The notes beneath the pieces are model-generated. The model was not told the DNA's origin and searched no databases. It saw only the letters and a program-made list of their open reading frames with translations. DNA of 64,000 bases from a virus (Duplodnaviria > Caudoviricetes): positions 1 to 64,000 of the IMG/VR virus record IMGVR_UViG_3300036453_000012. One strand, written 5' to 3'. The position numbers and the translations under genes are program-made. Of the stretch, positions 28,201 through 37,915 are shown in pieces (the first letter of the stretch is position 1; each line of letters starts with the position of its first letter).

Positions 28201-30150
28201 TCCCGCAGCAGAACTTATCCCAATGTACAGTTGCCCTTGCATAGCATATACTGATGTTATACCTCGCCCAGATACAACGTCCCAAAAATGAATACCATTA
28301 CTGAGTACCATCCACATAGGACAACCAACAACCGAAGTGTCATAAACAATCACACGGCCCGATTCAGCAACGATCATCGAAGTTGCAGGAAACTCACGCG
28401 AAATTCCACGGAATACTTCAGTCTGTCCGTAAGCTGCATTCAGCGAATAAAACTTTCCATCAGTAGTGTTTTGGTACACGGTTCCTGCGAGTGCAGAATA
28501 TGGGACGTAAGGCGTGGCGAGAACGGTTACTTCTTTTACTGAGTAATTATCTACGTAAGCAAAGTTTCCAGCAACTCCAGTGTTCAAACCGAAATGTATA
28601 TACGTAGTAGTAGTAAGAGCAATAAAATTATGTCTAAAACTAGCCGTGCCACTTCCATTTCCAGCTAAATTAGAACTGTTAAGGGTCGTGCCTACAAAAA
28701 AGTAAGCCAAGCCACCAGAGCCATTAGTCTGGTCTACATACACCGAATACATTTTACCAATGACAGTTTGGATCACTTGATATGCTGAAGAGCCTGTACT
28801 ACCTTTTGTAACCATCATACGACCTGATGATTCCCAAGTTATTGTTGCGTCTCCAGATGGAATCCAGCCATTTACATTTAAATCAAAAGTACCGTTCGAC
28901 ACAAGCTCGGGGGAAGCTGAATATGTTGCTGGTAAAACACCTACCTTATTAATTTTAAAACCCCAAACGTAAATACCTGAAACTCCATCACCAATGTAAG
29001 GTGTTCTGTTGTTTCGAATAGACAAATAATGCCAGCTTGACATATACCCCATAAAAGTACACCTGTACCATCCATTACCTACGGGAGATATTGTTGCCGA
29101 CCAGTTTGATGCAACCGAACTTACCACTCCGGTACTTAAATTAAAAGTCGCGCTTGCCGAACCCGCAGAGTCACCTAAACAAAAAGTAGTCTCCCCTGCT
29201 GATTTTACGTAAACGCTAGATACACCTATATAAGGAAGTCCTATATTTTGGTTTTCAGTACCAATTCTATGCTCAAGATTATCTACTGTAGAAACAACTA
29301 AATCCGCTGTAATTGTCCCGTCTGGTGCTATTGTTGTGTTAGGTGTAACCGTGACGTTAATTTTACTCCAAGCCCCGCTATTAATTTCTTCTGGGAATGC
29401 TAAAAGGTTATCCCCGCGCTCAATCAATTCATTAACAGCTTGACCACCCCACTTATTTCCACCTAATGTTTCGTTAAACCAGCTTCCACGAGCTTTTTGT
29501 ATCCAGGCTCCTCCGTCGCTATCTTTTGCCGTATCATAAGGAAACATCTTTACGATATTCCCCGAGTGCAGGGTTTGACTCATTGCCGCAAGAGATTCGT
29601 TAGCGGCTGTAGCCACTTGCGATGCTGCGATTGCTTTATCCCTTGCGTTAGCCGCCTGAGCCACTGCGGAGGATGTGCCTGCCAAAGCCGTTTGTGCAGC
29701 AACACTGGCTGAGGTCGAGATGGTAGCAAAATTCGATGCATTTACGGAGAACGTGTTTGACGAGTTCTTATTAGCCAAAGAATTAACTGATGCTAAGTCA
29801 GCAGCAGCAGCGGAAGAAAAGGCGTTGTTAGCGTAAGTGTTCGTTAAGTTTTTATTAGCTAGAGCTGCGGCAGCCGAATTTGTAGAACTGTTAGAGGACG
29901 CTAAAGAATTAGCTTCAGAAGTACCGGATGCTAGCTTATTAGCTAGAGAATTGCTCTCAGACAGAGAAGCAGACGCAGCTTTAATAGTTGCTATATTTGC
30001 TTTTTCTACAGCGGTTAGTGCACTTGCTGCAGCCTCAGCAGCTTTACCCTGAACTGCATCGATCGCCGCTCTCTTGATACTAGTAGCAGTGGTTAAGGAT
30101 GTGGTTTGAGTAACTAAGTCTGTTACTATCTGTTCTAAATTTGAAGACAT
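25267..30150 (-). CDS. Large tail fibre/adhesin (1627 aa) with multiple CBM-like and ConA/LamG-like modules
   Basis: Ala/Ser-rich N-terminus; two NLL.....W.K....APDGT.TAD modules; two NGTFD..NGW modules. Confidence 0.75.
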   Translation of the reverse strand: MSSNLEQIVTDLVTQTTSLTTATSIKRAAIDAVQGKAAEAAASALTAVEKANIATIKAASASLSESNSLANKLASGTSEANSLASSNSSTNSAAAALANKNLTNTYANNAFSSAAAADLASVNSLANKNSSNTFSVNASNFATISTSASVAAQTALAGTSSAVAQAANARDKAIAASQVATAANESLAAMSQTLHSGNIVKMFPYDTAKDSDGGAWIQKARGSWFNETLGGNKWGGQAVNELIERGDNLLAFPEEINSGAWSKINVTVTPNTTIAPDGTITADLVVSTVDNLEHRIGTENQNIGLPYIGVSSVYVKSAGETTFCLGDSAGSASATFNLSTGVVSSVASNWSATISPVGNGWYRCTFMGYMSSWHYLSIRNNRTPYIGDGVSGIYVWGFKINKVGVLPATYSASPELVSNGTFDLNVNGWIPSGDATITWESSGRMMVTKGSTGSSAYQVIQTVIGKMYSVYVDQTNGSGGLAYFFVGTTLNSSNLAGNGSGTASFRHNFIALTTTTYIHFGLNTGVAGNFAYVDNYSVKEVTVLATPYVPYSALAGTVYQNTTDGKFYSLNAAYGQTEVFRGISREFPATSMIVAESGRVIVYDTSVVGCPMWMVLSNGIHFWDVVSGRGITSVYAMQGQLYIGISSAAGYSGNGISILNFIAGSLLSNNMDNGAYWAGKIYNFTSTKGIQTHNGRVKAPEFALVSYVVNDIAVTVLDNAPVDPATGLKVPTIAIATTGGISVIKHDGTVANSQIINFGAATVAFDIMNNVVCMGENSAHYRKTIAPAYTEYVSTSGIAGIGLIGAVQAIRVCYAKNNAIYGRAIGIGGGVGVIKEDYTSFGKSLYAAINTSYNTGWQVGDSRLATLADTIAETITASGELIKNGTFDVDTNGWTSSDSLSVNGSGQLVITGTQAGWPQAFQTINNLIIGNRYCLQFEIIVPGSGISSPGATFFPQTGPGYYYPQTVGKHLAYFIATANYLSFGLVAASAATSTATYDNISCKLAVSDRSVKNNGLILNGTLTKAPVAIGANLVAYSGFSNLNYLRQPYSSSLDFGPGDWCIGMWINTLYGCDAANLVQYPEQLENSYWSKNSCSIISNAIVAPDGTTTADKIVENTTNAIHSVSSFPLTGLASGITTAFSVYLKAGERSFASVFSVGNSVRACLRIDLINGLITQQVVSGININSANITPVGNGWFRVSLCSTSAVNINLGFSVSTEIDGTIDANQGDSYLGDGISGIYAWGLKVNQGVSPGLYTVGQTAIYNPAAPAVLRSSINSSIKFGIDGTGLLSVTAYDGVNTRNTITPSPVNTGLPVQVFAYYKNDGSLAIAVNGVEVAKSNGLQLLSISNSTAVLTVGNSFNLDTPFPGTIALTRISATVPSADQIAYAYRTELPLFQPGAQCTIDGNSSVITAMTYDDSTDLLQVGTSWGRSSFKDLLRVESEVSTIGALTSISASNGVVSVASSSSSKTYQPSMSLRTEIKKRIEAARAIGKLMTPFEFDTIGFNATTTASSNSITAVAVTTGTPYLGMGISGTGVPSGTTIVGISGTTYTLSSACTVAGTGVLLGQTTFSMPKGYTAKTLYAGELRKREGATKTWTRSFDGFVEYINFAVSPGNGVWVSVLAARSN

Positions 30151-30160
30151 TTATTAAATC

Positions 30161-30829
30161 CTAGTTAAGTGCGAAGTAGTTGGCTATGAGAGTCTGAGTA
30201 GTAATAAGGCTGTTGGCCATAGTGAGTATCTTGCCCGAGATCGCATCAACGCTGGCAGCTGCAGATGCGGAAGCGGCACTGGCTAATGCTACTTGATCTA
30301 CCCCAGTATAATCTACCCAAGCAGTTCCGTTATAAAGGAATACCCGGCTCTCTGTTAAATTAAAGTATTCAGCGCCCTGTTTGATCATATCTCCATTATT
30401 ATCTAATGTAGGAACAGATGAGAATGCTCCTAGGTATTTAGATTGAAATAGGCGTATAATATCTTTAATATTAGTATTAGATAATCCTGCAGAATTAGCC
30501 GCTAATACGGACGCTAATGAACTAGCTATCGTATCAGTGTACTGAGTAGCAATCACTGCAGCCTGAGCGGATATGATGGCTGCATTATTACTAGATTTAT
30601 CTGCATTGGTCCGAGCTATCCCCGCATTAACTGTGCTAGTATTTGCATCGTTGACACAAGTAATTTGAGCGTTAAGGCTTATTAGGGCGCTGGCAGCAGA
30701 TCTGGCTGCAGCGCTAACAGTCTGAGCAGACCACTCCTGAATGGCGTCTAGTGTGGGAACCGACTCTATTATGGAGGTCTCTACGGCTGTGGCGGGAAAA
30801 CTACCAGTGGAAGAAAAAATTCTAGTCAT
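30161..30829 (-). CDS. Fibre-like virion protein
   Basis: Ala-rich coils; YLGAFSSVPTLDNNG...GAEYFN...YNGTAW. Confidence 0.55.
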   Translation of the reverse strand: MTRIFSSTGSFPATAVETSIIESVPTLDAIQEWSAQTVSAAARSAASALISLNAQITCVNDANTSTVNAGIARTNADKSSNNAAIISAQAAVIATQYTDTIASSLASVLAANSAGLSNTNIKDIIRLFQSKYLGAFSSVPTLDNNGDMIKQGAEYFNLTESRVFLYNGTAWVDYTGVDQVALASAASASAAASVDAISGKILTMANSLITTQTLIANYFALN

Positions 30830-30877
30830 GTAATAATTAAGTTAATTAATTGATATAACCTATTTTAACGTAAATTG

Positions 30878-31315
30878 TTACCACAGAGGAAGAGTAGAGA
30901 AGTCAGAGCTAACGCTACCCCAGCCAGATTCCATATTACTATGAATTTTCAAAGCCCTAGCACGCTCATCAAAAGATGCTTTAAAACTAGAAGCCGTATT
31001 TCTATACAATTCAAATCTCTCTTCAATAGGAATTTGCAAACCTCCATCGGAGTAATTCATAGTATTACGAGCGAGCAGAGTGGCTTTGCCTTCAAACATA
31101 TGCCAGCAAGTACCAAAGAGTAATAGGCTTTTGGATTGAAAAGTTTCTAGCGTAAGTACGGATATAGGGGGGAGAACGTTATACGCATCCACCGCCAAGT
31201 CCATACATAACGATATATAAGAGTCGGTAAATTCCTCCCCGTCTAGGAGGTAGTTATTAGGAGCGTAGTCAGAGACAAACGTTCTAACCTCAGTGACTAG
31301 GAGGACGTTTGTCAT
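30878..31315 (-). CDS. Head-tail adaptor/connector-like protein
   Basis: EVRTFVSDY...EFTD...AVDAYN; YSDGG; position downstream of head genes. Confidence 0.5.
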   Translation of the reverse strand: MTNVLLVTEVRTFVSDYAPNNYLLDGEEFTDSYISLCMDLAVDAYNVLPPISVLTLETFQSKSLLLFGTCWHMFEGKATLLARNTMNYSDGGLQIPIEERFELYRNTASSFKASFDERARALKIHSNMESGWGSVSSDFSTLPLW

Positions 31316-31317
31316 AA

Positions 31318-31683
31318 TTAGGCTTTAGCTTTTGAAACTTTAGCAGCTTTAGGTTCGGGAGTTGACTCAACCTTGTTTTCTGAAGATTTAGCCTCTTCGA
31401 CTTTTTTAGCTTCATCTTTAACTAACTCTGCTTGTAGTTCAGAATAGGAGTAACCAGTAAAGGCCTTATGCTCAGTAACTTCTACTTCAGGCTGAATAAA
31501 TTCTTTAGTAGTAGGTTTAGTAATAACTAGCTCCGCGAAGTTGTTATACGCTAGTTGAGCAATTTCTGTACTTTTAGTTTCTTCTTCCGAAACAGCGATG
31601 TATCCTAGGGGCAATATATTTACATAGCCGTTACGAATGACTAGGGTAGTTTTAGTTTTGTTTACTAGATAATTTTGAGTCAT
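31318..31683 (-). CDS. Hypothetical virion protein
   Basis: 121 aa; lysine/alanine-rich tail. Confidence 0.65.
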   Translation of the reverse strand: MTQNYLVNKTKTTLVIRNGYVNILPLGYIAVSEEETKSTEIAQLAYNNFAELVITKPTTKEFIQPEVEVTEHKAFTGYSYSELQAELVKDEAKKVEEAKSSENKVESTPEPKAAKVSKAKA

Positions 31684-31716
31684 GTTATTCCAAGGTTAAA
31701 AGATGTATATGCTATG

Positions 31717-32064
31717 TTAGCTCTTAGGGGTATACATTTGGTTAATCCTGGCCATTATCTTTTCGTCCTTGTGTTGCTGGTACTTGTGTAGACCTAGGAA
31801 TCCTGCTGTACCTACCCCTACAACACCCACGCCCGTTTTAATTCTAGTGTTGGTAGATTCTGATCTAGCTTTTCTAGCAAGCCTCTCCATGGCTCTAATA
31901 GAGTCCTGGGGCACTTGGTTTCTTAACGATAACCCACTACGGTTGGCAGAGTTTAAGGAATGTGCCATACCCTCATAGCTACGAGCTGAGTGAGCTGTTA
32001 AGTTATCTGTTAATTTAGTAGCTTTGTGAATAAGATCGTCTGCGTTAAAGCGAGGAAATTTCAT
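31717..32064 (-). CDS. Hypothetical virion protein with Gly-rich hydrophobic segment
   Basis: GVGVVGVGTAGFLGL; preceded by TTAAAATA motif. Confidence 0.65.
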   Translation of the reverse strand: MKFPRFNADDLIHKATKLTDNLTAHSARSYEGMAHSLNSANRSGLSLRNQVPQDSIRAMERLARKARSESTNTRIKTGVGVVGVGTAGFLGLHKYQQHKDEKIMARINQMYTPKS

Positions 32065-32108
32065 ATTTAGTAATCCTAGTTAATAAGTGTATTTTAAGGT
32101 TATGTAGA

Positions 32109-32138
32109 TTCAATAAATAAGAATAAACGTGGTATAAG
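32109..32138 (+). promoter_or_regulatory. Phage bipartite promoter
   Basis: TTCAA-N16-TGGTATAAG, then GTATA-GAAA-TATAC hairpin. Confidence 0.75.
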
Positions 32139-32185
32139 AAAAGTGTATAGAAATATACCACCTCAACTTAGCTAGATAGGAAAAT

Positions 32186-32644
32186 ATGATTACGACGAAG
32201 GTAGGGGACTTGCTTAGTGTTACTAGCGGTATTATCGTGCATGGGTGTAACGCGCAAGGAGTTATGGGGTCTGGTGTAGCCAAGGCTATTAGGGAGAAGT
32301 GGCCTAGGGTATACGAAGATTACAAGAATGAGGAAAAATTCAAAGGGCTATATGAAGGATCTACTATTTACACCACTGTTGCAGAAAACTTAGTAGTGGC
32401 ATCTACCGTTACTCAAGAATTCTACGGTAGAGATAAAAGTAAAGTGTACGTTGATTACCACGCTATACAGTGCTGTTTTTCTTGGATAAGAAGAGCAGCG
32501 GAGAACACGGGACTTCCGGTCCATTTCCCATTAATAGGGTGTGGTTTGGCTAATGGAAATTGGGGCGTAGTATCTTCTATTATAGAAGAAGCTTTAGGCC
32601 CTGATATTAAATCTACTCTTTGGCTACTAGAGGAAAAATTATGA
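32186..32644 (+). CDS. Macrodomain (ADP-ribose binding/hydrolase) protein
   Basis: GDLL, IVHGCNAQGVMGSGVAKAI, FPLIGCGLANG. Confidence 0.9.
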   Translation: MITTKVGDLLSVTSGIIVHGCNAQGVMGSGVAKAIREKWPRVYEDYKNEEKFKGLYEGSTIYTTVAENLVVASTVTQEFYGRDKSKVYVDYHAIQCCFSWIRRAAENTGLPVHFPLIGCGLANGNWGVVSSIIEEALGPDIKSTLWLLEEKL

Positions 32645-33549
32645 TAGAAGCACAAGCGTACGTTAGAAAAGGTCAGTGGTGGCACAGGAATGTAGGGCTA
32701 GGTCCTGTAAAAGTAGACTGCGTCGGTAGAACTTATATTTACGTAACTGAAGGGGTATTTGATCTACGATTTACTATTCCAAGATCAGAGTTTTTTCGGG
32801 AGTATAGCAAAGGTAAAAACCCAGTACTGCCTGAGTTTGATCCGCTACCAGTAGAAGATATTACACAAGTGTTTAGCGTGACTAGTGATATCCTGGAATT
32901 AGGGCAAACTTGGGGTAGCTACAATAGATCTAGTGCCACCATTACTGAAATACTAAATAGAGGTATGGGGGTTAAATATACTACGGCTAGATCAGCAGGT
33001 ATGGAATTTAGCCTGTCTGCTAATACCTTTAGAAGCATGTACCCTGTATTTATTACCAAGGTCCTCCCGGCGATTACCATCGAACCTGAAGATAGAGTAC
33101 TGGAGGTAGGTGCATTTTATGAGAGGATAGTTCAACTACAAGGATGCCTTGACGTAGGGAATAGGGTGATACTACTTGGGTTTGAAGAGAACTACGTAAC
33201 GTACCAGTTTACTCCTAACGCCACCTCAGTATTTTCTCTAAGAGTAGATGATTTTTGGTTAACATTTAGAAAAGAGGTTCCTATTTTGGATGCACTTGTT
33301 CTTCCGCCTACTTTGGATCCTGTAATTACTCTATCTAGCCCACTTACGTTTCAGTCATACAAAGAATCTTACAAAGGATTTTTACCCTTTATATCAGAGA
33401 CGATCCCTATTAACCAAGAACTAGCAGCACTACGCCAAGAAGTAAGTTTACTAAAGGACTTGTTACGGGAATCTTTTACCTTACACACTCAAAGGCCTAA
33501 AGGATACGGGGATTGTATGGGTAGAATCAAGGCAGTTTTGGAGAAGTAG
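32641..33549 (+). CDS. Hypothetical protein with three SH3/Tudor-like repeats
   Basis: RKGQWW, ELGQTW and EVGAFY-initiated ~60-aa units each ending F...F...[YF]. Confidence 0.65.
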   Translation: MIEAQAYVRKGQWWHRNVGLGPVKVDCVGRTYIYVTEGVFDLRFTIPRSEFFREYSKGKNPVLPEFDPLPVEDITQVFSVTSDILELGQTWGSYNRSSATITEILNRGMGVKYTTARSAGMEFSLSANTFRSMYPVFITKVLPAITIEPEDRVLEVGAFYERIVQLQGCLDVGNRVILLGFEENYVTYQFTPNATSVFSLRVDDFWLTFRKEVPILDALVLPPTLDPVITLSSPLTFQSYKESYKGFLPFISETIPINQELAALRQEVSLLKDLLRESFTLHTQRPKGYGDCMGRIKAVLEK

Positions 33550-33562
33550 AAGTACTGTAGAA

Positions 33563-33598
33563 TAGAAAAAGCCTGATCACTCCAGGCTTATTTTTAGC
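33563..33598. repeat. Terminator-type direct repeat, left copy
   Basis: TAGAAAAAGCCTGATCACTCCAGGCTTATTTTTAGC. Confidence 0.85.
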
Positions 33599-33628
33599 GT
33601 ATACTAGTGAAATCTCGGAGGATGAAGA

Positions 33629-35095
33629 ATGCCCATAGTAGTGACTAATGAAGAATTTCAACTGAGATCTATAAGAGCTCATCCGGAAGGGTCCGGAGTA
33701 AGTAGACCTAGGATGGTGTACGTCAACGCAAAGACTCCAGTGTGTATTACATGTGATGTTCACAATGAAGATTTTTATCAACTACCGTCTAAGCACATTG
33801 CAGGGCAAGGGTGTCCTAAATGCAAAGGTGCAAAACTTAGACTAGCTTTTGTATCGAGTAAAGAGGTGTTCGTAAGTAAGGCAGAATTAAAACATCCTGG
33901 ACTAAATACTTATGATCTAGTAGAGTATGTAAATAGTAAAACTAAGGTAAAAATACTATGCCTAAACCATAACACTTATTACCTAAAAACCCCAGAGAAG
34001 CACTTATCAGGTCAGGGGTGCCCTAGTTGTGCAATTGAGAGTACGCCACAATGCGTATCTAGGCCATTACCGTTAACCCTAGAACTGGCTTACGCGCTAG
34101 GCTTGAATAATATAGATTATTCCAAAGTAACAGAAGTGACTTGTAAGGACAAGGTAGTTCTTACCTGTAGTATTCACGGTGATTTTTTAACCACTATGGA
34201 TAATCACTTAAATGCAGGTAGTAGTTGTCCGAAGTGCTCTCATATAGTAAGCAAAGCTCAAATATCTTTATTTAAATATATTCAGAGCATAAAACCAGAT
34301 GCAGTAGAGAATAAGAAATTATTAGATAATACAGAACTAGATGTATTTATCCCTTCTCTTAATTTAGGATTTGAGTATAACGGACTATATTGGCATGGGG
34401 AGGGGAAAAAAGACAAAGGGTATCACCTTAGGAAAACTAACCAGGCGGAATCAGAAGGTATTAGATTAGTACATATCTGGGAGGACGAATGGCAGAGTAA
34501 TCGTAGTAAGGTGGAGAACTTGATTGCCAGTCTAACGGGATTATGCAAGACTACTTGTGGGGCAAGGGAGTGCGTTACTCAAGCTATATCCTGGAAGGTA
34601 TGTTCAGAGTTCCTACAACAAAACCACTTGCAAGGAGAGTGCGCACCTACCAGTATGTGTTACGGGTTACTTAAAAACTCCGAGGTAATCTCCGTTATGT
34701 GCTTCACAACATCTACGGTAAAGAATAACGAGGTAGAACTCATTAGGTTCTGTAGTAGTGGCAATGTACCGGGAGGATTTAGTAAGTTACTAAAGTACTT
34801 TCTCTCTATTACAAACTTTGACTCCGTAATTAGCTTCTCTGATAAAAGATGGAGCCAAGGAGCTATATACAGTAGTAGAGGCTTTATTAAAGTAGGGAAT
34901 ACTGATCCGGCATACTCATGGTGTAAAGGTATGGTTCGGTATCATAGACGAGGATTTCAGCACAAGTATCTAGCATCCAAACTTAAAGTGTACGACCCAA
35001 ACATGTCTGAGTCGAAGAATTGCAGGGCTAACGGATATTTTAAATTATGGGATTGTGGTAAGGATAAGTGGGAACTAAAAATCACCCTACCATAG
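33629..35095 (+). mobile_element. Hef-like homing endonuclease: three Zn-binding repeats, PD-(D/E)XK-type nuclease, C-terminal GNAT-like domain
   Basis: C..H...H...GCPxC x3; ELDVFIPSLNLGFEYNGLYWH; IHIWEDEW-like; ELIRFC...GGFSKLL...SFSDKRWSQG.IY...GF; WDCG. Confidence 0.75.
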
Positions 35096-35130
35096 AAAAA
35101 GCCTGGATCACTCCAGGCTTATTTTTTAGC
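35093..35130. repeat. Terminator-type direct repeat, right copy
   Basis: TAGAAAAAGCCTGGATCACTCCAGGCTTATTTTTTAGC; two 1-nt insertions relative to left copy. Confidence 0.85.
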
Positions 35131-35147
35131 TAACTCTAATTTTTAGA

Positions 35148-36038
35148 TTAGAAATTGCAAACTTGAATAGCGTTGATGTTACCAATACCAGCACCGATGG
35201 CTTCGTAGGTGCGGAACTCGATCATATCTGCTTCCGTTTTTAGGAACACGGTTGGCTCCTGTAGGGAGTAGAACTGACCTAGATACTCTTGAGGAGCAAA
35301 GATGATAGCTTGGTTAGCAGCGACTAGTTCAGTCTTATTCGTAGTGATGATCTTGTAGCCGAAGAAGTTATCTAGGCTAGTTTGACCACGGAATAGACCA
35401 CCTGCGGTTTCACTACCAACAGTGGTAGCAGGTTGAGCTAGTAGATCAGCGTACATTGATTGTGACATCAAGATACATCCGACCGGTAGCTTACGGACTA
35501 GAAGTTTCTTAACTGCGTTCATTAGGTTAGGGATAGTGAAACCACCTGAGATAGTGAACACGTTACCAGCAGCAGCAGCGATAGCATTAATGTTACCGAT
35601 GAAGTTGGTATCTTCTTGTGCTTGAATATCTTTGACACTGTTCTCTTGCAAGATAGTGCGGATATCAGTACGATACGTAGCTAGTTCAAACTTTGACTTC
35701 TTGAACGTTACTGATTCGATCTTTTGGAACGTAACAGGATAGCGACCACCTTTGAAGTAACGAATTTCGCCACGACCTAGGAAAGGCATATTGGCTGCTA
35801 CCGAATCAGGCTCAGTCTCAACGATAATGGTTGGCTCTTCGGTGAGTTGACGGTCTAGTTCTGATGCAGTGATCTGAACTGGGGTCAAAATCTTACGGGT
35901 AAAGCCGTCTTCCCGTAGCTTCTGACGAACGAAAGCTGACATAGCCGCGCCTGCTTCTTTTTCTAGGCCTTGATCAATCTTATCTAGGAAAGACTGGTTT
36001 AGGAATTGAACGTTAATGGTTTCTGTATTATAGCTCAT
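35148..36038 (-). CDS. Major capsid protein (HK97 fold)
   Basis: 296 aa; FVRQKLREDGFTRKIL; last gene of protease-scaffold-decoration block; C-terminal YEAIGAGIGN. Confidence 0.82.
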   Translation of the reverse strand: MSYNTETINVQFLNQSFLDKIDQGLEKEAGAAMSAFVRQKLREDGFTRKILTPVQITASELDRQLTEEPTIIVETEPDSVAANMPFLGRGEIRYFKGGRYPVTFQKIESVTFKKSKFELATYRTDIRTILQENSVKDIQAQEDTNFIGNINAIAAAAGNVFTISGGFTIPNLMNAVKKLLVRKLPVGCILMSQSMYADLLAQPATTVGSETAGGLFRGQTSLDNFFGYKIITTNKTELVAANQAIIFAPQEYLGQFYSLQEPTVFLKTEADMIEFRTYEAIGAGIGNINAIQVCNF

Positions 36039-36046
36039 ATTATTCC

Positions 36047-36547
36047 TTATTTCACTAAGATGGTGATTGATGCAGTGTCTCTACCGGCTACGCCTGGAGT
36101 GATACCGATGACGTGACCCACGATATTGTCCGTACCTACAACGCCAACGACTAGTTGACCTGGGTTAGCAGCCTTAGTGGTAACAGCGGCGCCGTTAGCA
36201 AAAGAACCGATGGCACCAGCAAAGTTTGACACTTCAACAGTAAAGCCACTCCAAAGTACAACTGCTTTACCAGTAACGGCAGACGAGTTACCAGTAAATA
36301 GACCTGGAATAGTGACGCCACTAATTACGACTGGGATTGCTGAAGTATCGCCGTTACCTGAAACAACTAGACCAACGATAGTTGACAAGTTACCTGCGGT
36401 ACCAGCTTTATCGACTGAACCATCTGCTTGACGAGTAACCCAATCGCCGTTCGATAGAGTAGTGAGAGCTTTAATATTCTCTGCACGATCGATGGCACCT
36501 TCATTAGGCCAACCACGACGGACCATTGCGGTATATTCCATTAACAT
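36047..36547 (-). CDS. Head decoration/cement protein
   Basis: Small beta-rich protein immediately upstream of capsid gene. Confidence 0.6.
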   Translation of the reverse strand: MLMEYTAMVRRGWPNEGAIDRAENIKALTTLSNGDWVTRQADGSVDKAGTAGNLSTIVGLVVSGNGDTSAIPVVISGVTIPGLFTGNSSAVTGKAVVLWSGFTVEVSNFAGAIGSFANGAAVTTKAANPGQLVVGVVGTDNIVGHVIGITPGVAGRDTASITILVK

Positions 36548-36685
36548 ATTTAAATCCTTGTAAGTTAATTACCAAGCTTAAACTTGGTGGGGTGTTGATT
36601 ATGTTGTGCCACAATTAAGCAGCTATCTATATTTTAATACGTAAACGTAAAACGGTAGAAAGTCAAGCTAATTATATGAGTATAT

Positions 36686-36907
36686 TTAAAAAATAGATTT
36701 AGTTTGAGCTCTAGTATGTTGATTACGAAGACTAGTAATACCCTCTTTATTTTGAGTAGTAGAAATAGAAGAGTGTAATTTAGTAATAGGCTCAATACCG
36801 GATTTATTAATACCGCTAGCAGTAGGAGCCCTTGTCTTAGCTAAGCTCTTAACTCCAGAAAAGTTAAGGGCCGCTATTTTAAGTAGGTACCTATTAACCA
36901 TTACCAA
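36686..36907 (-). CDS. Small basic protein with NRYLLKIA tag
   Basis: MVNRYLLKIAAL. Confidence 0.55.
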   Translation of the reverse strand: MVMVNRYLLKIAALNFSGVKSLAKTRAPTASGINKSGIEPITKLHSSISTTQNKEGITSLRNQHTRAQTKSIF

Positions 36908-37469
36908 GCATAAATTCTAGTAGGGGATCCGTCACAGGACGCGAGTACCCGGAGGCTTGACCCATCTCCCAAGGCTGCTCCATAACAGAGGCAATCTTAG
37001 TAAGTACTTCACTATCCATCTTTTGAAGCGCGGCCAAATCTTCATTAGTGAACGCACCATTGGAAGCAGCTTTAGTAATACTAGTAGGAAGAACAACTTC
37101 AGAGTATGCATTATCTTGTGCGCTTTTAGTCAAAGCGTCGATCTCAGCTTCTAGTGAATCTATATATTGTGCAGCCTTCTGCATAAGATCAGATGAGGTA
37201 TCTTCAACAAGAGTCTCTGACTCATACGAAGCTAAGTCTTTAAGATGAACTCCAGCAGCTTTGACCATTTTTACAGCCGTATCAATATCGATACCTGCCA
37301 TGGTTAATTGAGAGCAAGCTTCTTTCTCCATGTCTTGTTGATCTAGTTCACGACGAGCGTCTGCTTCGGTAAAGCCAGCTTCTTTGAGCAAACCCACCGC
37401 AACTTCGTAAGGGGAAGCTTCTTGTAGTTCTGCTGCTTTTGTTAAGAGTTGTTGTGATAGGTTTGTCAT
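36894..37469 (-). CDS. Acidic scaffold-like protein with many K-x-A sites
   Basis: TKAA, LKEA, EKEA, VKAA, QKAA, TKSA, TKIA. Confidence 0.6.
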   Translation of the reverse strand: MTNLSQQLLTKAAELQEASPYEVAVGLLKEAGFTEADARRELDQQDMEKEACSQLTMAGIDIDTAVKMVKAAGVHLKDLASYESETLVEDTSSDLMQKAAQYIDSLEAEIDALTKSAQDNAYSEVVLPTSITKAASNGAFTNEDLAALQKMDSEVLTKIASVMEQPWEMGQASGYSRPVTDPLLEFMLGNG

Positions 37470-37478
37470 AATAATATT

Positions 37479-37913
37479 TTAATCCTTGCTGTATTGATCG
37501 TGCATACGTTCGGACATGCCTTCCAGGTTTCTAGTCTGTCTACCTTTAACCGCCATCAACCCACCAGCTGTGGAACCTAGGAAACCACCTAACATAGCCG
37601 ATCCTCCCTGTAAGTAAGGATTTTTAGCGAACTTTGGAATTTTACTTAAACCATGCCCTATAGCCGATCCTACTCCAAACCCTGCTGCACCACCTACTAT
37701 ATTACCACCTATAGACTTTATCGCGGTACCCTTACCTTGTTCCGACCCCAGTGCTGATTGATGTTTCATGTTACCCCACCAACCTTTGTCAGATACCGTC
37801 TTACCGTATTGGCTAGCAATCCCTTGCTCCATTCTACCCGCTCCCTCCCAGTAGTGTTTCTTAGCGTCTGCTTTATAATCTGCGGCAATCTTCTCTAAAT
37901 ACTTATTAGTCAT
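37479..37913 (-). CDS. Tagged internal virion protein with Gly-zipper
   Basis: MTNKYLEKIAAD; GGAAGFGVGSAIG. Confidence 0.65.
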   Translation of the reverse strand: MTNKYLEKIAADYKADAKKHYWEGAGRMEQGIASQYGKTVSDKGWWGNMKHQSALGSEQGKGTAIKSIGGNIVGGAAGFGVGSAIGHGLSKIPKFAKNPYLQGGSAMLGGFLGSTAGGLMAVKGRQTRNLEGMSERMHDQYSKD

Positions 37914-37915
37914 TT

